DNA from: an uncultured Gammaproteobacteria bacterium
GTDB lineage: Bacteria > Pseudomonadota > Gammaproteobacteria > JAURND01
Direction of reading: 5' to 3'
NCBI GenBank assembly: GCA_963714975.1
Contig: CAVQQD010000003.1
Location: forward strand, 256,001 to 320,000
Length of the DNA: 64,000 nt
Every line of letters begins with the position of its first letter. Positions within the stretch are counted from its first letter, which is position 1. A program made the translations under genes and the position numbers. The notes under the pieces are model-generated. The model did not search any database, was not told where the DNA came from, and saw nothing but the letters and a program-made list of their open reading frames with translations. Of this stretch, positions 38,895 to 51,049 are shown in pieces.

Positions 38895-39188
38895 TTAATT
38901 CTCCAATTCTTTAGCTAATTTTTTAGCAACAGTGATATCTCGACTTTGTGTACTCTTGTTTCCTCCACATAGTAGAAGAATAATATCATTGTTTCTTTTC
39001 AGAAAATAAACTCGATAGCCAGGCCCGTAATGAATGCGGAGCTCATTGATTCCATCCCCCACGGATGCAACATCACCCAGGAGGCCATTTGCCAATCGAA
39101 ATAAACGAGCAGCAATAGCAGCCTTTGCTTTTCTATCCCGAAGTTTCTGCTCCCACTTCCTATAAGTTTCTGTTTGTTTTATATCCAT
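38895..39188 (-). CDS. Addiction module killer (RelE/HigB-like toxin, HI1419-like)
   Basis: ELRIHYGPGYRVYF, LLCGGNKSTQ; toxin-first gene order. Confidence 0.92.
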   Translation of the reverse strand: MDIKQTETYRKWEQKLRDRKAKAAIAARLFRLANGLLGDVASVGDGINELRIHYGPGYRVYFLKRNNDIILLLCGGNKSTQSRDITVAKKLAKELEN

Positions 39189-39366
39189 GGCCCAATTGTA
39201 GTTTATAAATCACAAAATTGCAATATAATTATCGAGATTCCCTAACCTGAATACCTGAATCTTCCAGTAGATTTTGGAGAACTATACTGTAACAATTCAG
39301 TAATTATGCCAATACCGTAATCTACGAGGCCTATTGGAGTTAGTATTTGTTCGCAGGAGGATTTTC

Positions 39367-40497
39367 ATGATTCGTCAACTTTGGTTATTGGTCCTAGGTG
39401 CTTTCGTATTAGGTTTGGATGCCTTTGTACTCGCTGGACTATTACCAGATATGGCGCAGGATTTTGGAACAACACAAGCTTTAGTAGGCTTGGGTGTAGC
39501 TTTGTTCACCGCCGCCTATGCTGTCAGCGCACCAGCATTGGCATCTTTTGCTGGGAAATATTCGACTCGCAAAGCCTTATTAGCAGGACTTGGCTTGTTT
39601 ACACTTGGGAATGTGGCAACAATGCTAGCGCCTTCCCTGGGAGTTTTACTTATTGCTCGATTAGTGGCAGGGGTTGGTGCAGGGCTTTATTCACCACTCG
39701 CTTCATCAAGCGCTGCTAATAGTGTGGAAGCCAGTCAACGGGGTCGCGCTTTGTCTATGGTATTAGCTGGGCTGAGCACAGGAACTGCTTTAGGAGTCCC
39801 TGTAGGATTACTGATAGCAAGCCAGTTTGGCTGGCGCTGGACCATTGGTCTTATTGTGCTACTCGGGCTCATTGCAGCAGCAGGCATCGCTGGTAATACC
39901 CGTAGGTTTCCTGCATCACGACCCATTGCTTGGAAAAAGCGCCTTGCTTCACTTCGTGAGTCTTTTACTCTTGCTACCCTGGGTGTGACTCTGTGGACTG
40001 CTATTGCTTCATTGGGGCTTTATACTTACCTTGCCGAGGTTTCTGCAGCTCGCGGAATGGAAACATCTATAAATGTTTTTATCTGGTTGTGGGGTCTAGG
40101 CGGAATGAGTGGTGCACTACTTATTGGGCGAGTGATTGACTTGTATCTACCTCCGGCAAAAGCCACGCTAGTTTTGCTGACATTCCTTGTCATTGGATTT
40201 GTTTTAGTTTGTTATGGCTCGCAGATATTCGTGGGAATGGGTTGTCTGTTATGGGGTTTAGCAGGCTGGGCTAGCATTGCACCACAACAACATGCATTGG
40301 TGACGAATAATGATACGCTTGCTTCCTCATCTATCGCGTGGAATTCATCAATCAATTACTTAGGAAGTGCTATCGGGACGACATTTGGGGCTGTGGCATT
40401 GAGTGTGCATATATCTGCTTCTTGGTTGCCGATAGGAGCAGTAGCAGCTGTGATTGTAGCGGCAGGAATCCATTTCATTAAGATAAGACAGCGTTAA
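39367..40497 (+). CDS. MFS transporter (DHA1/PbuE-like)
   Basis: About 12 TM segments, RGRALS, GVPVG, GWRW motifs. Confidence 0.9.
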   Translation: MIRQLWLLVLGAFVLGLDAFVLAGLLPDMAQDFGTTQALVGLGVALFTAAYAVSAPALASFAGKYSTRKALLAGLGLFTLGNVATMLAPSLGVLLIARLVAGVGAGLYSPLASSSAANSVEASQRGRALSMVLAGLSTGTALGVPVGLLIASQFGWRWTIGLIVLLGLIAAAGIAGNTRRFPASRPIAWKKRLASLRESFTLATLGVTLWTAIASLGLYTYLAEVSAARGMETSINVFIWLWGLGGMSGALLIGRVIDLYLPPAKATLVLLTFLVIGFVLVCYGSQIFVGMGCLLWGLAGWASIAPQQHALVTNNDTLASSSIAWNSSINYLGSAIGTTFGAVALSVHISASWLPIGAVAAVIVAAGIHFIKIRQR

Positions 40498-40751
40498 CGC
40501 AATCGGGCATGTTTAAATCTGTGGTATCCATTGACTTCGGGAAGAAGGTATAGATTTACAACTTTTCTGCATTTCCATGGCTTCAAATTCCCGCTTATTT
40601 CTTTTTGGTCTGGGTTGGGGACTGCATTTTTTGCGCTTTGCAAATGTTCTAATGGCGCCCATGGAGCTTTTGGGGGATATTTTGGCATAGGGATTTGCAA
40701 CAGGATGTAAGGAACGGGAATAAGTCTCCAAGGAGGGAGTTCCAGGGATTT

Positions 40752-42065
<1,314 letters not shown>

Positions 42066-42117
42066 TCATAACTTAAAGTCCAGAGTCATCATAAGTTACG
42101 AGTTAACACATACGCTA

Positions 42118-42210
42118 TACGCCGGAGGGGTGACGCGTAGAGCAACAACGCCGCGCGCAGTGTGCGAGCACGGCGGGTTGCCCGCACGGCAGGACCCCGC
42201 AGGCGTACGA
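42118..42210. repeat. GC-rich palindromic element, family F, between divergent serS and ispH
   Basis: TACGCCGGAGGGG...CCCCGCAGGCGTA outer stem; partial copy at 7447. Confidence 0.55.
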
Positions 42211-42220
42211 GGGGAGAAAG

Positions 42221-43159
42221 ATGCAAATTTTATTAGCGAATCCACGAGGTTTTTGTGCTGGTGTGGATCGTGCCATCGAAATTGTTGAACGTGCCTTAGA
42301 GTTACTTGGGCCGCCTATTTATGTGCGACATGAAGTGGTCCATAATCGCTTTGTGGTGGATGGCTTACGTGCTAAAGGTGCCTTTTTTACCGATAATATG
42401 GATGAAATTCCCAATGGAGCAACAGTTATTTTTAGTGCTCATGGTGTCCCTCAGATAGTGCGAACGCAGGCTAAGGCTCGCTCATTGCAAGTATTTGATG
42501 CTACGTGTCCCTTGGTGACTAAAGTCCATCTGGAAGTGGCGCGTTACAGCCGTCAAGGGCAAGAATGCATCTTAATTGGACATGCGGGGCATCCTGAAGT
42601 CGAGGGGACAATGGGGCAATATAGCAATCCTGCTGGGGGAATGTATTTGGTGGAAAATACAGCTGATGTAGCAAAATTACAGATAAAAAATCCCGACAGT
42701 TTGTACTACGTCACCCAAACCACTTTATCGATCGATGATACGGTTCGCATCATTGAGGCCCTAAAACGACGTTTTCCAACCATCCGGGGGCCGAAACATG
42801 AAGATATCTGCTATGCCACCCAAAATCGTCAAGATGCAGTAAAAGCATTAGCCGCAAAAGTTGAGGTGGTGATTGTCGTGGGCTCTACCAATAGTTCTAA
42901 TTCTAATCGCTTGCGCGAACTTGCGGAACGTTTGGGCTGTCTGGCGTATTTGGTGGATAGTGCTGATGAGGTCAATGAAAGTTGGGTAAAAGGGAGGGTG
43001 AGTGTCGGGGTCACAGCCGGGGCTTCTGCCCCGGAGATTTTAGTCCAACAGGTCGTTGAAAAATTGCAAAAATTAGGTGGTGGAGTAGTCAAGGAACTCA
43101 CTGGCACTCAGGAAAACATTATGTTTGCCTTGCCGAAAGAATTACGTTCCGCTGGGTGA
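42221..43159 (+). CDS. ispH: 4-hydroxy-3-methylbut-2-enyl diphosphate reductase
   Basis: [28 protein letters not shown]. Confidence 0.98.
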   Translation: MQILLANPRGFCAGVDRAIEIVERALELLGPPIYVRHEVVHNRFVVDGLRAKGAFFTDNMDEIPNGATVIFSAHGVPQIVRTQAKARSLQVFDATCPLVTKVHLEVARYSRQGQECILIGHAGHPEVEGTMGQYSNPAGGMYLVENTADVAKLQIKNPDSLYYVTQTTLSIDDTVRIIEALKRRFPTIRGPKHEDICYATQNRQDAVKALAAKVEVVIVVGSTNSSNSNRLRELAERLGCLAYLVDSADEVNESWVKGRVSVGVTAGASAPEILVQQVVEKLQKLGGGVVKELTGTQENIMFALPKELRSAG

Positions 43160-43259
43160 GAGTGAGCTGTTGTTGAATTGAATTAACACATAATTGATTT
43201 TCGGAGTAAAAAGTGCTAATTTTGTGCAAATTGTAAGTTACTTGCAGAGAGTAATATAT

Positions 43260-43571
43260 ATGGTAAAGAAAAAAACTGTAGGATATGTAGCGGGGGCAGC
43301 AGGAGTAACACTAGCACTTGGAGCACTTATAGCCATTTGTGTGGTCAATGGCGGCGGCGGCGCTACGGCAAAAAGGATATTTATTGCTCCCTTTCTAGGG
43401 GGGGATATTGATATTCCTCGTAATTTAGACAGTGTATTAGGAAAAACTAATATTGCCCTAGATGTATTGATTGGAGTTGGGGTTTTGTTAGCATTGGTTG
43501 CTGTAATGTATTTAAAACATGTAAAAAAGAATAATACAGAGAATGAACCCTTCATCGCTCCCACTCCCTAA
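43260..43571 (+). CDS. Small two-TM hypothetical protein
   Basis: AT-rich ORF with two hydrophobic helices. Confidence 0.55.
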   Translation: MVKKKTVGYVAGAAGVTLALGALIAICVVNGGGGATAKRIFIAPFLGGDIDIPRNLDSVLGKTNIALDVLIGVGVLLALVAVMYLKHVKKNNTENEPFIAPTP

Positions 43572-43664
43572 GCGACATAACCCATTCTATCCAGGGGTTG
43601 GTTATTCATGGCATTAACTGGCTCTATGAAGTTTTGAGTGGGTAGTGCGCCGTAGAAAGCTACA

Positions 43665-44099
43665 TTAACCTTCACCCTTCGATAAAATTTCTGACAATAC
43701 CTTATAATTTGTTAGGACTTTATTTTGGTAGTGTTCGTTTAAATGCGGGGTACGGGAGTGGTATCCTGCTACTCCCTCCCAATAACCTTGATTTGATTCA
43801 GCCAATGTCTCGGCAATCTTACTACTTAAAATCCAGGTGCCCACCATGACGTTAACACAGGGATCGTACTGAATTTGTTGTTGGGTGTAACCATAGGGGA
43901 CAATTTTTGCTAGCCAAATAGTATTAATCTGCATTGGGCCATAATCGTAAGTGCCATTTTTGTTAGGTTTCGCCATGCCCACCTCACCCCCTTCGGTGTT
44001 GAGCACCGAGATAATCACTTGGGCGGGCACATAATAAGTCACAGCGGCTTGATTAATACACTCCACGGGAACTCCATGAATGAGTAAAGCGCTTGGCAT
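43665..44099 (-). CDS. Lytic transglycosylase (SLT domain)
   Basis: TEGG, NGTYDYGPMQIN, GYHS motifs. Confidence 0.9.
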   Translation of the reverse strand: MPSALLIHGVPVECINQAAVTYYVPAQVIISVLNTEGGEVGMAKPNKNGTYDYGPMQINTIWLAKIVPYGYTQQQIQYDPCVNVMVGTWILSSKIAETLAESNQGYWEGVAGYHSRTPHLNEHYQNKVLTNYKVLSEILSKGEG

Positions 44100-44101
44100 G
44101 A

Positions 44102-44677
44102 TTATCCCTCTTCACCCCAGCGTTTGACTGAACCCACTTCAATATCAAATAAATCCAAAACACGTCCTAAGGAATGATGAATAATATCTTCCAGGGTAAT
44201 CGGATTGTTATAGAATGCGGGTATGGGCGGAGCAATGATCCCGCCCATTTGCGTGACTTTTAACATATTTTCCAAGTGGCCCGCATGAAAGGGCGTTTCC
44301 CGCACCATCAAGGCTAATTTACGACGCTCTTTTAACACCACATCCGCTGCACGCGTAAGTAAACTACTGCTAACACCGCTGGCAATTTCCGCTAAGGTTC
44401 GCATCGAACAGGGGGCGATAATCATCCCCAGCGTTTTGTAAGAGCCACTTGCGATTGGAGCGCTAATATCAGAGGGGGCATAACATATATCTGCCAAGGC
44501 TTGTAAAGCTTTAGTCGATAGTTTTACTTCGAATCCGCGGGTTAACTCAGCAGCCTTAGAAACAATAAGATGAGTTTCAATCGGCAGAGGTTGTAATAAT
44601 TCTAATAAACGGATGCCATAAATAATGCCTGAAGCACCGCTAATACCAATGATTAGGCGGCGTGGAGTTGTGGCCAT
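44102..44677 (-). CDS. ubiX: Flavin prenyltransferase
   Basis: [30 protein letters not shown]. Confidence 0.96.
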   Translation of the reverse strand: MATTPRRLIIGISGASGIIYGIRLLELLQPLPIETHLIVSKAAELTRGFEVKLSTKALQALADICYAPSDISAPIASGSYKTLGMIIAPCSMRTLAEIASGVSSSLLTRAADVVLKERRKLALMVRETPFHAGHLENMLKVTQMGGIIAPPIPAFYNNPITLEDIIHHSLGRVLDLFDIEVGSVKRWGEEG

Positions 44678-44719
44678 TACGGTATTCCTCTGGCCAGTAG
44701 CGCCGTGTAAGCTGCATAC

Positions 44720-45118
44720 ATGAACAAAGGTTTTACTTTACTAGAGATGATCACTGTATTAGCTATTATTGGCCTGTTGGTCACGGTCAGCTACCCTCTT
44801 TATCTCCATCATATTCTCAAAACACGACGCTCTTCTGCCCAAGTTGCCTTGCTGCAGCTGGCCTCTGGCTTGGAACAATACCGTAGTATACACAATACTT
44901 ATCAGGGTGCGACACTCATGGATGCTGGATTGGATCCCTACACTGAAAACAAATATTACCAGATAGGAATAAAAACCTTGAGCGATGCTAGTTATTTGCT
45001 TGAGACCACTCCTTTAGGAAAACAAACAGAGGATAGTTGTGGGACGTTAGGCTTAGATCATTTGGGTAATAAAAGTGTTTCAGGGAGCGCTCGAGTGGAG
45101 GAGTGTTGGGGGCAATAG
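44720..45118 (+). CDS. pilE: Type IV minor pilin PilE-like
   Basis: Prepilin cleavage site KG-FTLLE, C-terminal Cys pair ending in CW. Confidence 0.85.
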   Translation: MNKGFTLLEMITVLAIIGLLVTVSYPLYLHHILKTRRSSAQVALLQLASGLEQYRSIHNTYQGATLMDAGLDPYTENKYYQIGIKTLSDASYLLETTPLGKQTEDSCGTLGLDHLGNKSVSGSARVEECWGQ

Positions 45119-45195
45119 GCTGAGGTAGATCATACTTCCCAAGCAGCTTAAGCCAATATACAATCAGGCAACAAAACCTATCGAGAACCTATGCC

Positions 45196-46993
45196 ATGAA
45201 ATTCCCCATTGGGATCAGCGATTTTAAAGAAATTATCAAGGGGAATTTTTATTTCTTTGATAAGAGCTTATTTATCAAAGAAGTCCTTGATGACACCAAA
45301 GTCTTATTAATCACCCGTCCGCGACGTTTTGGCAAGACTTTAAATATGTCAATGTTACGACATTTTTTTGCCAAAGCAATTTGGGGTGAAGCCACTGATC
45401 CTACGTTATTCGATGGCTTAAACATTACTCATTGCTCAGCAGAATATCTTCAGCATCAAGGTCGTTATCCGGTGATTTTCTTAACTCTGAAAGATGTAAA
45501 GGATAGTAATTTCGACAGTTTTCTATACCAGTTTTTGCCAGGTGCTTAGCAGGCTTTATTCTGAGCACCGTTATTTGTTAGATAGCGACAGCTTATATGC
45601 TGAAGATAAAAAAGTTTATCGATCTATTCTGGATCAACAAGCCACTTTTGCCAATATTCAGGCTGCTTTAGAAAATTTAACTCGCTATTTGTATCTGCAT
45701 CATAAAATCTCTCCTGTAGTATTAATCGATGAATACGACACTCCGATACAATCAGGCTATGCGCATACTTATTATGATGAGGTGGTTGGATTATTTCGCC
45801 ATTTTTTAGGTGCTGCCTTAAAGGATAATCCTTTTTTATTTAAGGCAGTATTGACGGGAATTTTACGCGTTTCTAAAGAAAGTTTATTTTCAGGATTAAA
45901 TAATATCAAAGTCTATTCAGTATTAAATCCGCGCTATGGTGCGTATTTTGGTTTTACTGAACCCGAGGTTGCGAAATTATTAGCAGATACAAAACTAGAA
46001 TCTTATAAGGAGCGTATTAAAGATTGGTATAATGGCTATCAAATTGGCGAATGTGTTCTTTATAATCCCTGGTCGGTTCTGTCCTGTCTCGATGAAAAAA
46101 TGTTCAAACCTTACTGGGTTAATACCAGCGATAATCTATTAATTAAACAGTTATTCTTACAGTCAAACCTAGGTTTTAAAGAGCGCTTTGAAGATATCTT
46201 GCAAGACAAACCTATTAGCCAACTTATCGATGAAAATTTTGTGTTCCCGGATTTAACAGGTAATAATGCTGCGCAACGAACAAGTTCGTTGCTTGCAATC
46301 AGGGGGGAGAATACCGATTTCTCCCCCCTGATAACCCCCCATCGGGGTTGTGCAGCGAGAACCGCTGCTGGTTTGAGTAAATCTCGTGAATCAGCAGTTT
46401 GGAATTTATTGTTATTGACTGGATATTTAAAAGTGGTTTCAATAGAGCATACGGTAAGAGGGACAATATGTCGATTGACCATTCCCAATCATGAAGTGCG
46501 CGGACTGTTTCAACAAATTATCGAACGCTGGTTGGCTAATGGTTTTGGTTTTGATTGGTACAATGAATTTATTAATCAATTATTGCAAGGAGATATAGCC
46601 AACTTCACCCAAGGTTTGCAAGAAGTGATGCAGCAAACAGCTAGTTTTCATGATTTGGCCAAAGAGCCTGAGGCATTTTATCATGGGTTAATTTTGGGAT
46701 TAACAGCTAGTTTACATGGGCATCCTCAGTATGAAATTCGCTCCAATCGGGAGAGTGGCAAGGGTCGCTATGATTATGCCATTATTGCCCGTAATCCGGA
46801 GCAACTATCATTACTATTAGAATTTAAAAAGGCTACTGATGCCGAATTAACCAAGGCTGCACAAGCTGCTTTACAGCAAATTCATCAACAAGACTATGTC
46901 AGCGAACTAAAACAACGCGGTAAACACGCTATTCTAGGTGTTGGGATTGCTTTTTCTGGCAAGCACTTTGAGGTGGCATATGCGCCGGTGTAA
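45196..46993 (+). CDS. AAA-ATPase-like + PD-(D/E)XK nuclease, split by one extra T near 45535 and carrying an in-frame palindromic insert
   Basis: Paralog of 9329..11017 over its full length; reading T4 instead of T5 gives YQFCQVLSRLY. Confidence 0.88.
46250..46383. repeat. Multi-hairpin palindromic element, family E, in-frame
   Basis: ATCAGGGGGGAGAA-N7-TTCTCCCCCCTGAT, GCAACGAAC-AA-GTTCGTTGC, GCAGCG-N5-CGCTGC; absent from the paralog. Confidence 0.88.
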
Positions 46994-47018
46994 GCTGCCA
47001 AAGTTCTTAATAGGATGA

Positions 47019-47516
47019 TCAGTACACATAAAACCGCATTAACATCGCAATAGCCATTAAGACCATAGATATATCTTCTATCAATGTAATGACAGACATA
47101 GGAAGTTTTAATACTGCCCCCAAACAGCCGCAAACGATGGTTTGTTTTTTTATTAATGCCTGTGCCACACCAATGCTAGAAAATCCCATTAAAAGAATAG
47201 TAACGACTAAAACTGCAATATTTGCTTCTTGAACTAGATAGGCGATTCCCAACCCTAACTCTAAAAAGGGATAAATATAACCATAATAATGCCAGCGAGT
47301 TGCCAGTACATCATATCTGGCATAGGCCATTGCAAATCCTGGCAAATCAAGTAGTTTAAATGCGGAGAAAACCAGGAAAAAACCAGCCATAAAATGATTC
47401 ATCCAAATGTGCCACGAAGGCTGTCCTGATTGAATGCTGGTGATATAGGAAACCACTGTAATGTAAGCGATAATTAAAACCAATGGATAATAAGTTTTTA
47501 AGTTCTCATTGCTCAT
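47019..47516 (-). CDS. MauE/DoxX-like membrane protein
   Basis: FMAGFFLVFS, YPFLELGLG, CGCLG, TLIED. Confidence 0.85.
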   Translation of the reverse strand: MSNENLKTYYPLVLIIAYITVVSYITSIQSGQPSWHIWMNHFMAGFFLVFSAFKLLDLPGFAMAYARYDVLATRWHYYGYIYPFLELGLGIAYLVQEANIAVLVVTILLMGFSSIGVAQALIKKQTIVCGCLGAVLKLPMSVITLIEDISMVLMAIAMLMRFYVY

Positions 47517-47552
47517 AAAAATCCTCCCTTGTTATAGCTTGAAAGTGTATAT

Positions 47553-47584
47553 ACAATAAACCCCGTAGCAAGGTACGGAGTCAA
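47553..47584 (-). promoter_or_regulatory. MerR-type operator/promoter
   Basis: TTGACT-CCGTACCTTGCTACGG-...-TATTGT with a 19-20 bp spacer and a dyad like the Tn21/Tn501 mer operator. Confidence 0.85.
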
Positions 47585-47591
47585 GCGTTTT

Positions 47592-47993
47592 ATGAAAGAT
47601 AAAATAACTATATCTCAATTTGCACGGGCCGGAGGAGTGGGAGTTGAAACGGTGCGTTTCTACCAACGACGTGGTTTACTCCCTATACCTAAAGCAACCA
47701 ATGGATATCGTCATTATGATGAAAGCTTATTGCGGCGATTGCACTTTATTCGGCGAGCCCAATTAGGTGGCTTTACGCTTAAGGAAATTCAAGAATTGCT
47801 GCAATACCATCTCTTAGAACATCGTCAGCAGATTCAGGGTATTGCGCGGACACGTTTGAATAAGCTTATCACTCATATTGGGCAGTTAGAGAATATTCGT
47901 GATGCTTTAGCGCAGCTCGTGGAGCAATGTGAAAAAAATAATACTCAGGGAGTTTGTCCGATTATACAGGCGTTAGATGATAAAGCATGTTAA
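47592..47993 (+). CDS. MerR-family transcriptional regulator
   Basis: GVGVETVRFYQRRGLL, GFTLKEI, C-x8-CPII. Confidence 0.93.
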   Translation: MKDKITISQFARAGGVGVETVRFYQRRGLLPIPKATNGYRHYDESLLRRLHFIRRAQLGGFTLKEIQELLQYHLLEHRQQIQGIARTRLNKLITHIGQLENIRDALAQLVEQCEKNNTQGVCPIIQALDDKAC

Positions 47994-47994
47994 G

Positions 47995-48152
47995 ATGTAT
48001 TGGGATGTAATTGAAGTTAAAGTAGCAGAAATTTAAGCCTCTATGTTCGTTTTGCCGATGGTACGGAAGGTCGAATACGATTTATGCCACAGCATTTAAC
48101 CGGTGTTTTTGAACCCTTAAAGAACCCGCAATTTTTTAATCAAGTATTCATT
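47995..48152 (+). pseudogene. DUF2442-like (antitoxin-type) gene remnant
   Basis: MYWDVIEVKV, a frameshift, then LSLYVRFADGTEGRIRF...GVFEPLKNPQFFNQVFI; truncated by the next gene. Confidence 0.65.
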
Positions 48153-48162
48153 TGGGTTCATT

Positions 48163-48645
48163 ATGATAAAATCAAAAAAAATTCTTGAATTGCTACTTAT
48201 TTTGTCATCTTGCTGTGTTAATGTTTATGCTTTTAATACTACCAACGCAAATGTCGATCAATCTAGAGTTATAGCGACCGTTAAGAAGGCAGAAAATTAC
48301 ATTAGAAAATATGGAATAGAAAACGCAATGATGGAGTTTAGAAAAAATCCTGATGATATTTTTATAGCAGATTATAAGGGGGTGTTTTATGCTTCCCCAT
48401 TACATCCTGAATTGATTGGAAGTAGCCAATTTAATTACAAAGATGCTTCAGGTGTGCTTGTCGTTCAAGAAGAAATTGAGAAAGCAAAGGCAGGTGGTGG
48501 TTGGCTTAAAGGGCGTTGGAGAAAAATTCCTCAGACGGGAAATTATCAATGTAGAAAAATTTATATTCTTCCTGTTTCTGACAATTATTTTATTGGCTCT
48601 TGGTATCATTATTCTTCTAGTAAACCAGGAAGTTGTTTAATTTGA
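48163..48645 (+). CDS. Stand-alone secreted single Cache-domain protein
   Basis: Signal peptide, HPELIG...KDASG...KAGGGW. Confidence 0.8.
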   Translation: MIKSKKILELLLILSSCCVNVYAFNTTNANVDQSRVIATVKKAENYIRKYGIENAMMEFRKNPDDIFIADYKGVFYASPLHPELIGSSQFNYKDASGVLVVQEEIEKAKAGGGWLKGRWRKIPQTGNYQCRKIYILPVSDNYFIGSWYHYSSSKPGSCLI

Positions 48646-48661
48646 TTCGCTGGTTGGTTAA

Positions 48662-48691
48662 CATTGCCGAAAATAGCTATTTTCGGCAATG
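48662..48691. terminator. Perfect 30-bp palindrome between convergent genes
   Basis: CATTGCCGAAAATAG-CTATTTTCGGCAATG. Confidence 0.5.
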
Positions 48692-48743
48692 AATTAGTTA
48701 TGCAGCTTCCTCTTCTTGCCATGGATGAACTTCTTTCGATTTT

Positions 48744-51014
48744 TTATTCCTCAGCCTGACTAAACCCACAGCCTTTTTGCGGACAAACTTTTTCTGTACC
48801 GCGGCGTTTGGTGGTTTTCAAAGTGAGAATGAGCCAACCGCACTTGGGGCAGGGCTCAGGCAAAGGTTCATTCCATACGGCGTATTTGCAGGTGGGATAA
48901 GTGGAGCAAGAGTAAAATATTTTTTTGTAGCGTGATTTACGTTTCAGCAGATGGCCTTTCGTGCATTCTGGACAAATGATTCCAGTGTCTTGAGGTTTTT
49001 CCAAGGGTTCCATATGCTTGCAATTGGGATAATTGCTGCAGCCAATAAATTTTCCATAGCGCCCCGTTTTTATTACCAGGGAGGAATTGCATTCAGGGCA
49101 AGTGCGACCTTCAATCACTTCGGGTTCAGCTGCAGCTGTTTCGCTGCTGTCTTCAAGCCCGCGGGTATAATCGCATTCTGGATATCCGGTACAGCCAATA
49201 AAGCGCCCACGTTTTCCTAGGCGAATGACTAAAGGCTTGCCACATTTTGGGCAGGCTTCTTCAATCGCTTCTTGGGTGACATCGCTGCGTTTTACGGTTT
49301 CCTGCGTTTGGGCCACTAGGGATATAAAAGGTTGCCAAAATTCGGCTAACATCGGCACCCATGGATGCTCGCCGCGAGCAATCGCATCGAGTTCGTCTTC
49401 CAAGCGTGCAGTAAAGTCATAGTCAACATACTGGGAAAAATACTGGGTCAAAAATCGATTCACAATACGACCAATATCGGTGGGTTTAAAACGCTTTTGT
49501 TCCAGCGTCACATATTCCCGATGTTTTAGAGTGTAAATAATGCTCGAATAAGTAGAAGGACGACCAATGCCATGTTCTTCTAACGCCTTTACTAAGCTAG
49601 CTTCGGAAAAACGGGGTGGTGGTTCAGTAAAATGTTGTAGCGCTTCTATCGATAATAATTTTACTTCATCACCTTCCTCCATGGCTGGCAGTAACTTACT
49701 GTCACCCTCTTCAGATTTCTTGGGATCGTCGACGTCTTCCTGATAGACCGCAATAAAGCCTGGGTCAGTCACTACCGAACCATTGGCGCGTAAGCGATTG
49801 CCGTCTCCACAACTTAAATCCACAGCCACCGTATCAATGGTAGCAGGGATCATCTGACAGGCCACAGTGCGTTTCCAAATTAAGTCGTAAAGTTTAAATT
49901 GTTCTGGACTTAAAGACTCTTTGAGTGATTCTGGAGTACGTTCCACCACAGTGGGGCGCACTGCTTCATGTGCTTCTTGCGCACTTTTGGATTTGGTGTG
50001 AAAAATTCGCGGACTTTGTGGGACATTCTTTTTGCCGAAGCGTTTGGCAATAAAATCACGAATATCATGAATAGCTTCTTGCGCCAAAGTCACGGAGTCA
50101 GTACGCATGTAGGTGATAAAACCACCTTCATACAATTGTTGGGCAATTCGCATGGTGCGATCGGTAGTAAATCCTAATTTGCGTGCCGCTTCTTGTTGCA
50201 AGGTAGAGGTAATAAAAGGAGGAGCAGGATTGCGTTTACGCTGTTTTTTTTCTACGTGAATCACGCGCAGCCCCTTTTTCCCTACTTTTAACAAGGCTGT
50301 TTCAATAGCTTTAGCTTGCTGCGATTCGGTGATGGAAAATTGTTCTAATTTTGTTCCTTGATATTCCACCAAGCGTGCCATAAAAGGCTGTTGTTCGTGT
50401 TCTGCTTGGGCTTCAACGGTCCAATATTCCTGGGATTGAAATTTCTCAATTTCAATTTCACGTTCGACGATCATGCGTAATGCTGGGCTTTGTACGCGAC
50501 CTGCAGATAAACCAGGTCGGACTTTACGCCAGAGCAGGGGAGAGAGGTTAAAACCAACGAGATAGTCTAGGGCACGGCGAGCTTGTTGGGCATTGACTAA
50601 ATCCATGGAAATATCGCGAGGATATTTAACCGCTTGGTCTACTGCAGATTGAGTAATTTCATAAAAGGCAACGCGGAAAGCTGGCTTTTTAGCCAAGACT
50701 TTTTGCTGGCGCATTAATTCTAGAATGTGCCAAGAGATAGCTTCTCCTTCGCGATCTGGGTCAGTGGCGAGGTAGAGCGCATCTGCGCCTTTCAGCGCTT
50801 TAGCAATCTCAGCAACATGCTTGGCATTCTTTTCGATGATTTCGTATTTCATCGCAAAGTCATGTTCAGGATCCACCGCCCCTTCTTTGGGAATCAAATC
50901 ACGAACATGCCCGTAACAAGCTAATACTTCAAAATGCTTTCCCAAATATTTTTTTATGGTTTTTGCTTTGGCTGGCGATTCAACAACAAGCAAATTTTTT
51001 GATGACATTGTCAA
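48744..51014 (-). CDS. topA: DNA topoisomerase I
   Basis: VESPAKAK, DPDREGE, SAGRVQS, ITYMRTD, C-terminal zinc ribbons. Confidence 0.98.
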   Translation of the reverse strand: MTMSSKNLLVVESPAKAKTIKKYLGKHFEVLACYGHVRDLIPKEGAVDPEHDFAMKYEIIEKNAKHVAEIAKALKGADALYLATDPDREGEAISWHILELMRQQKVLAKKPAFRVAFYEITQSAVDQAVKYPRDISMDLVNAQQARRALDYLVGFNLSPLLWRKVRPGLSAGRVQSPALRMIVEREIEIEKFQSQEYWTVEAQAEHEQQPFMARLVEYQGTKLEQFSITESQQAKAIETALLKVGKKGLRVIHVEKKQRKRNPAPPFITSTLQQEAARKLGFTTDRTMRIAQQLYEGGFITYMRTDSVTLAQEAIHDIRDFIAKRFGKKNVPQSPRIFHTKSKSAQEAHEAVRPTVVERTPESLKESLSPEQFKLYDLIWKRTVACQMIPATIDTVAVDLSCGDGNRLRANGSVVTDPGFIAVYQEDVDDPKKSEEGDSKLLPAMEEGDEVKLLSIEALQHFTEPPPRFSEASLVKALEEHGIGRPSTYSSIIYTLKHREYVTLEQKRFKPTDIGRIVNRFLTQYFSQYVDYDFTARLEDELDAIARGEHPWVPMLAEFWQPFISLVAQTQETVKRSDVTQEAIEEACPKCGKPLVIRLGKRGRFIGCTGYPECDYTRGLEDSSETAAAEPEVIEGRTCPECNSSLVIKTGRYGKFIGCSNYPNCKHMEPLEKPQDTGIICPECTKGHLLKRKSRYKKIFYSCSTYPTCKYAVWNEPLPEPCPKCGWLILTLKTTKRRGTEKVCPQKGCGFSQAEE

Positions 51015-51049
51015 TAGACCCTAGTTTGTGCAGTTCCTACACCTGTGGC

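Noticed and set aside
37380-40750. Prophage or integrative element
   Set aside because: No integrase, att duplication or phage genes were seen; it is only a small accessory cluster.
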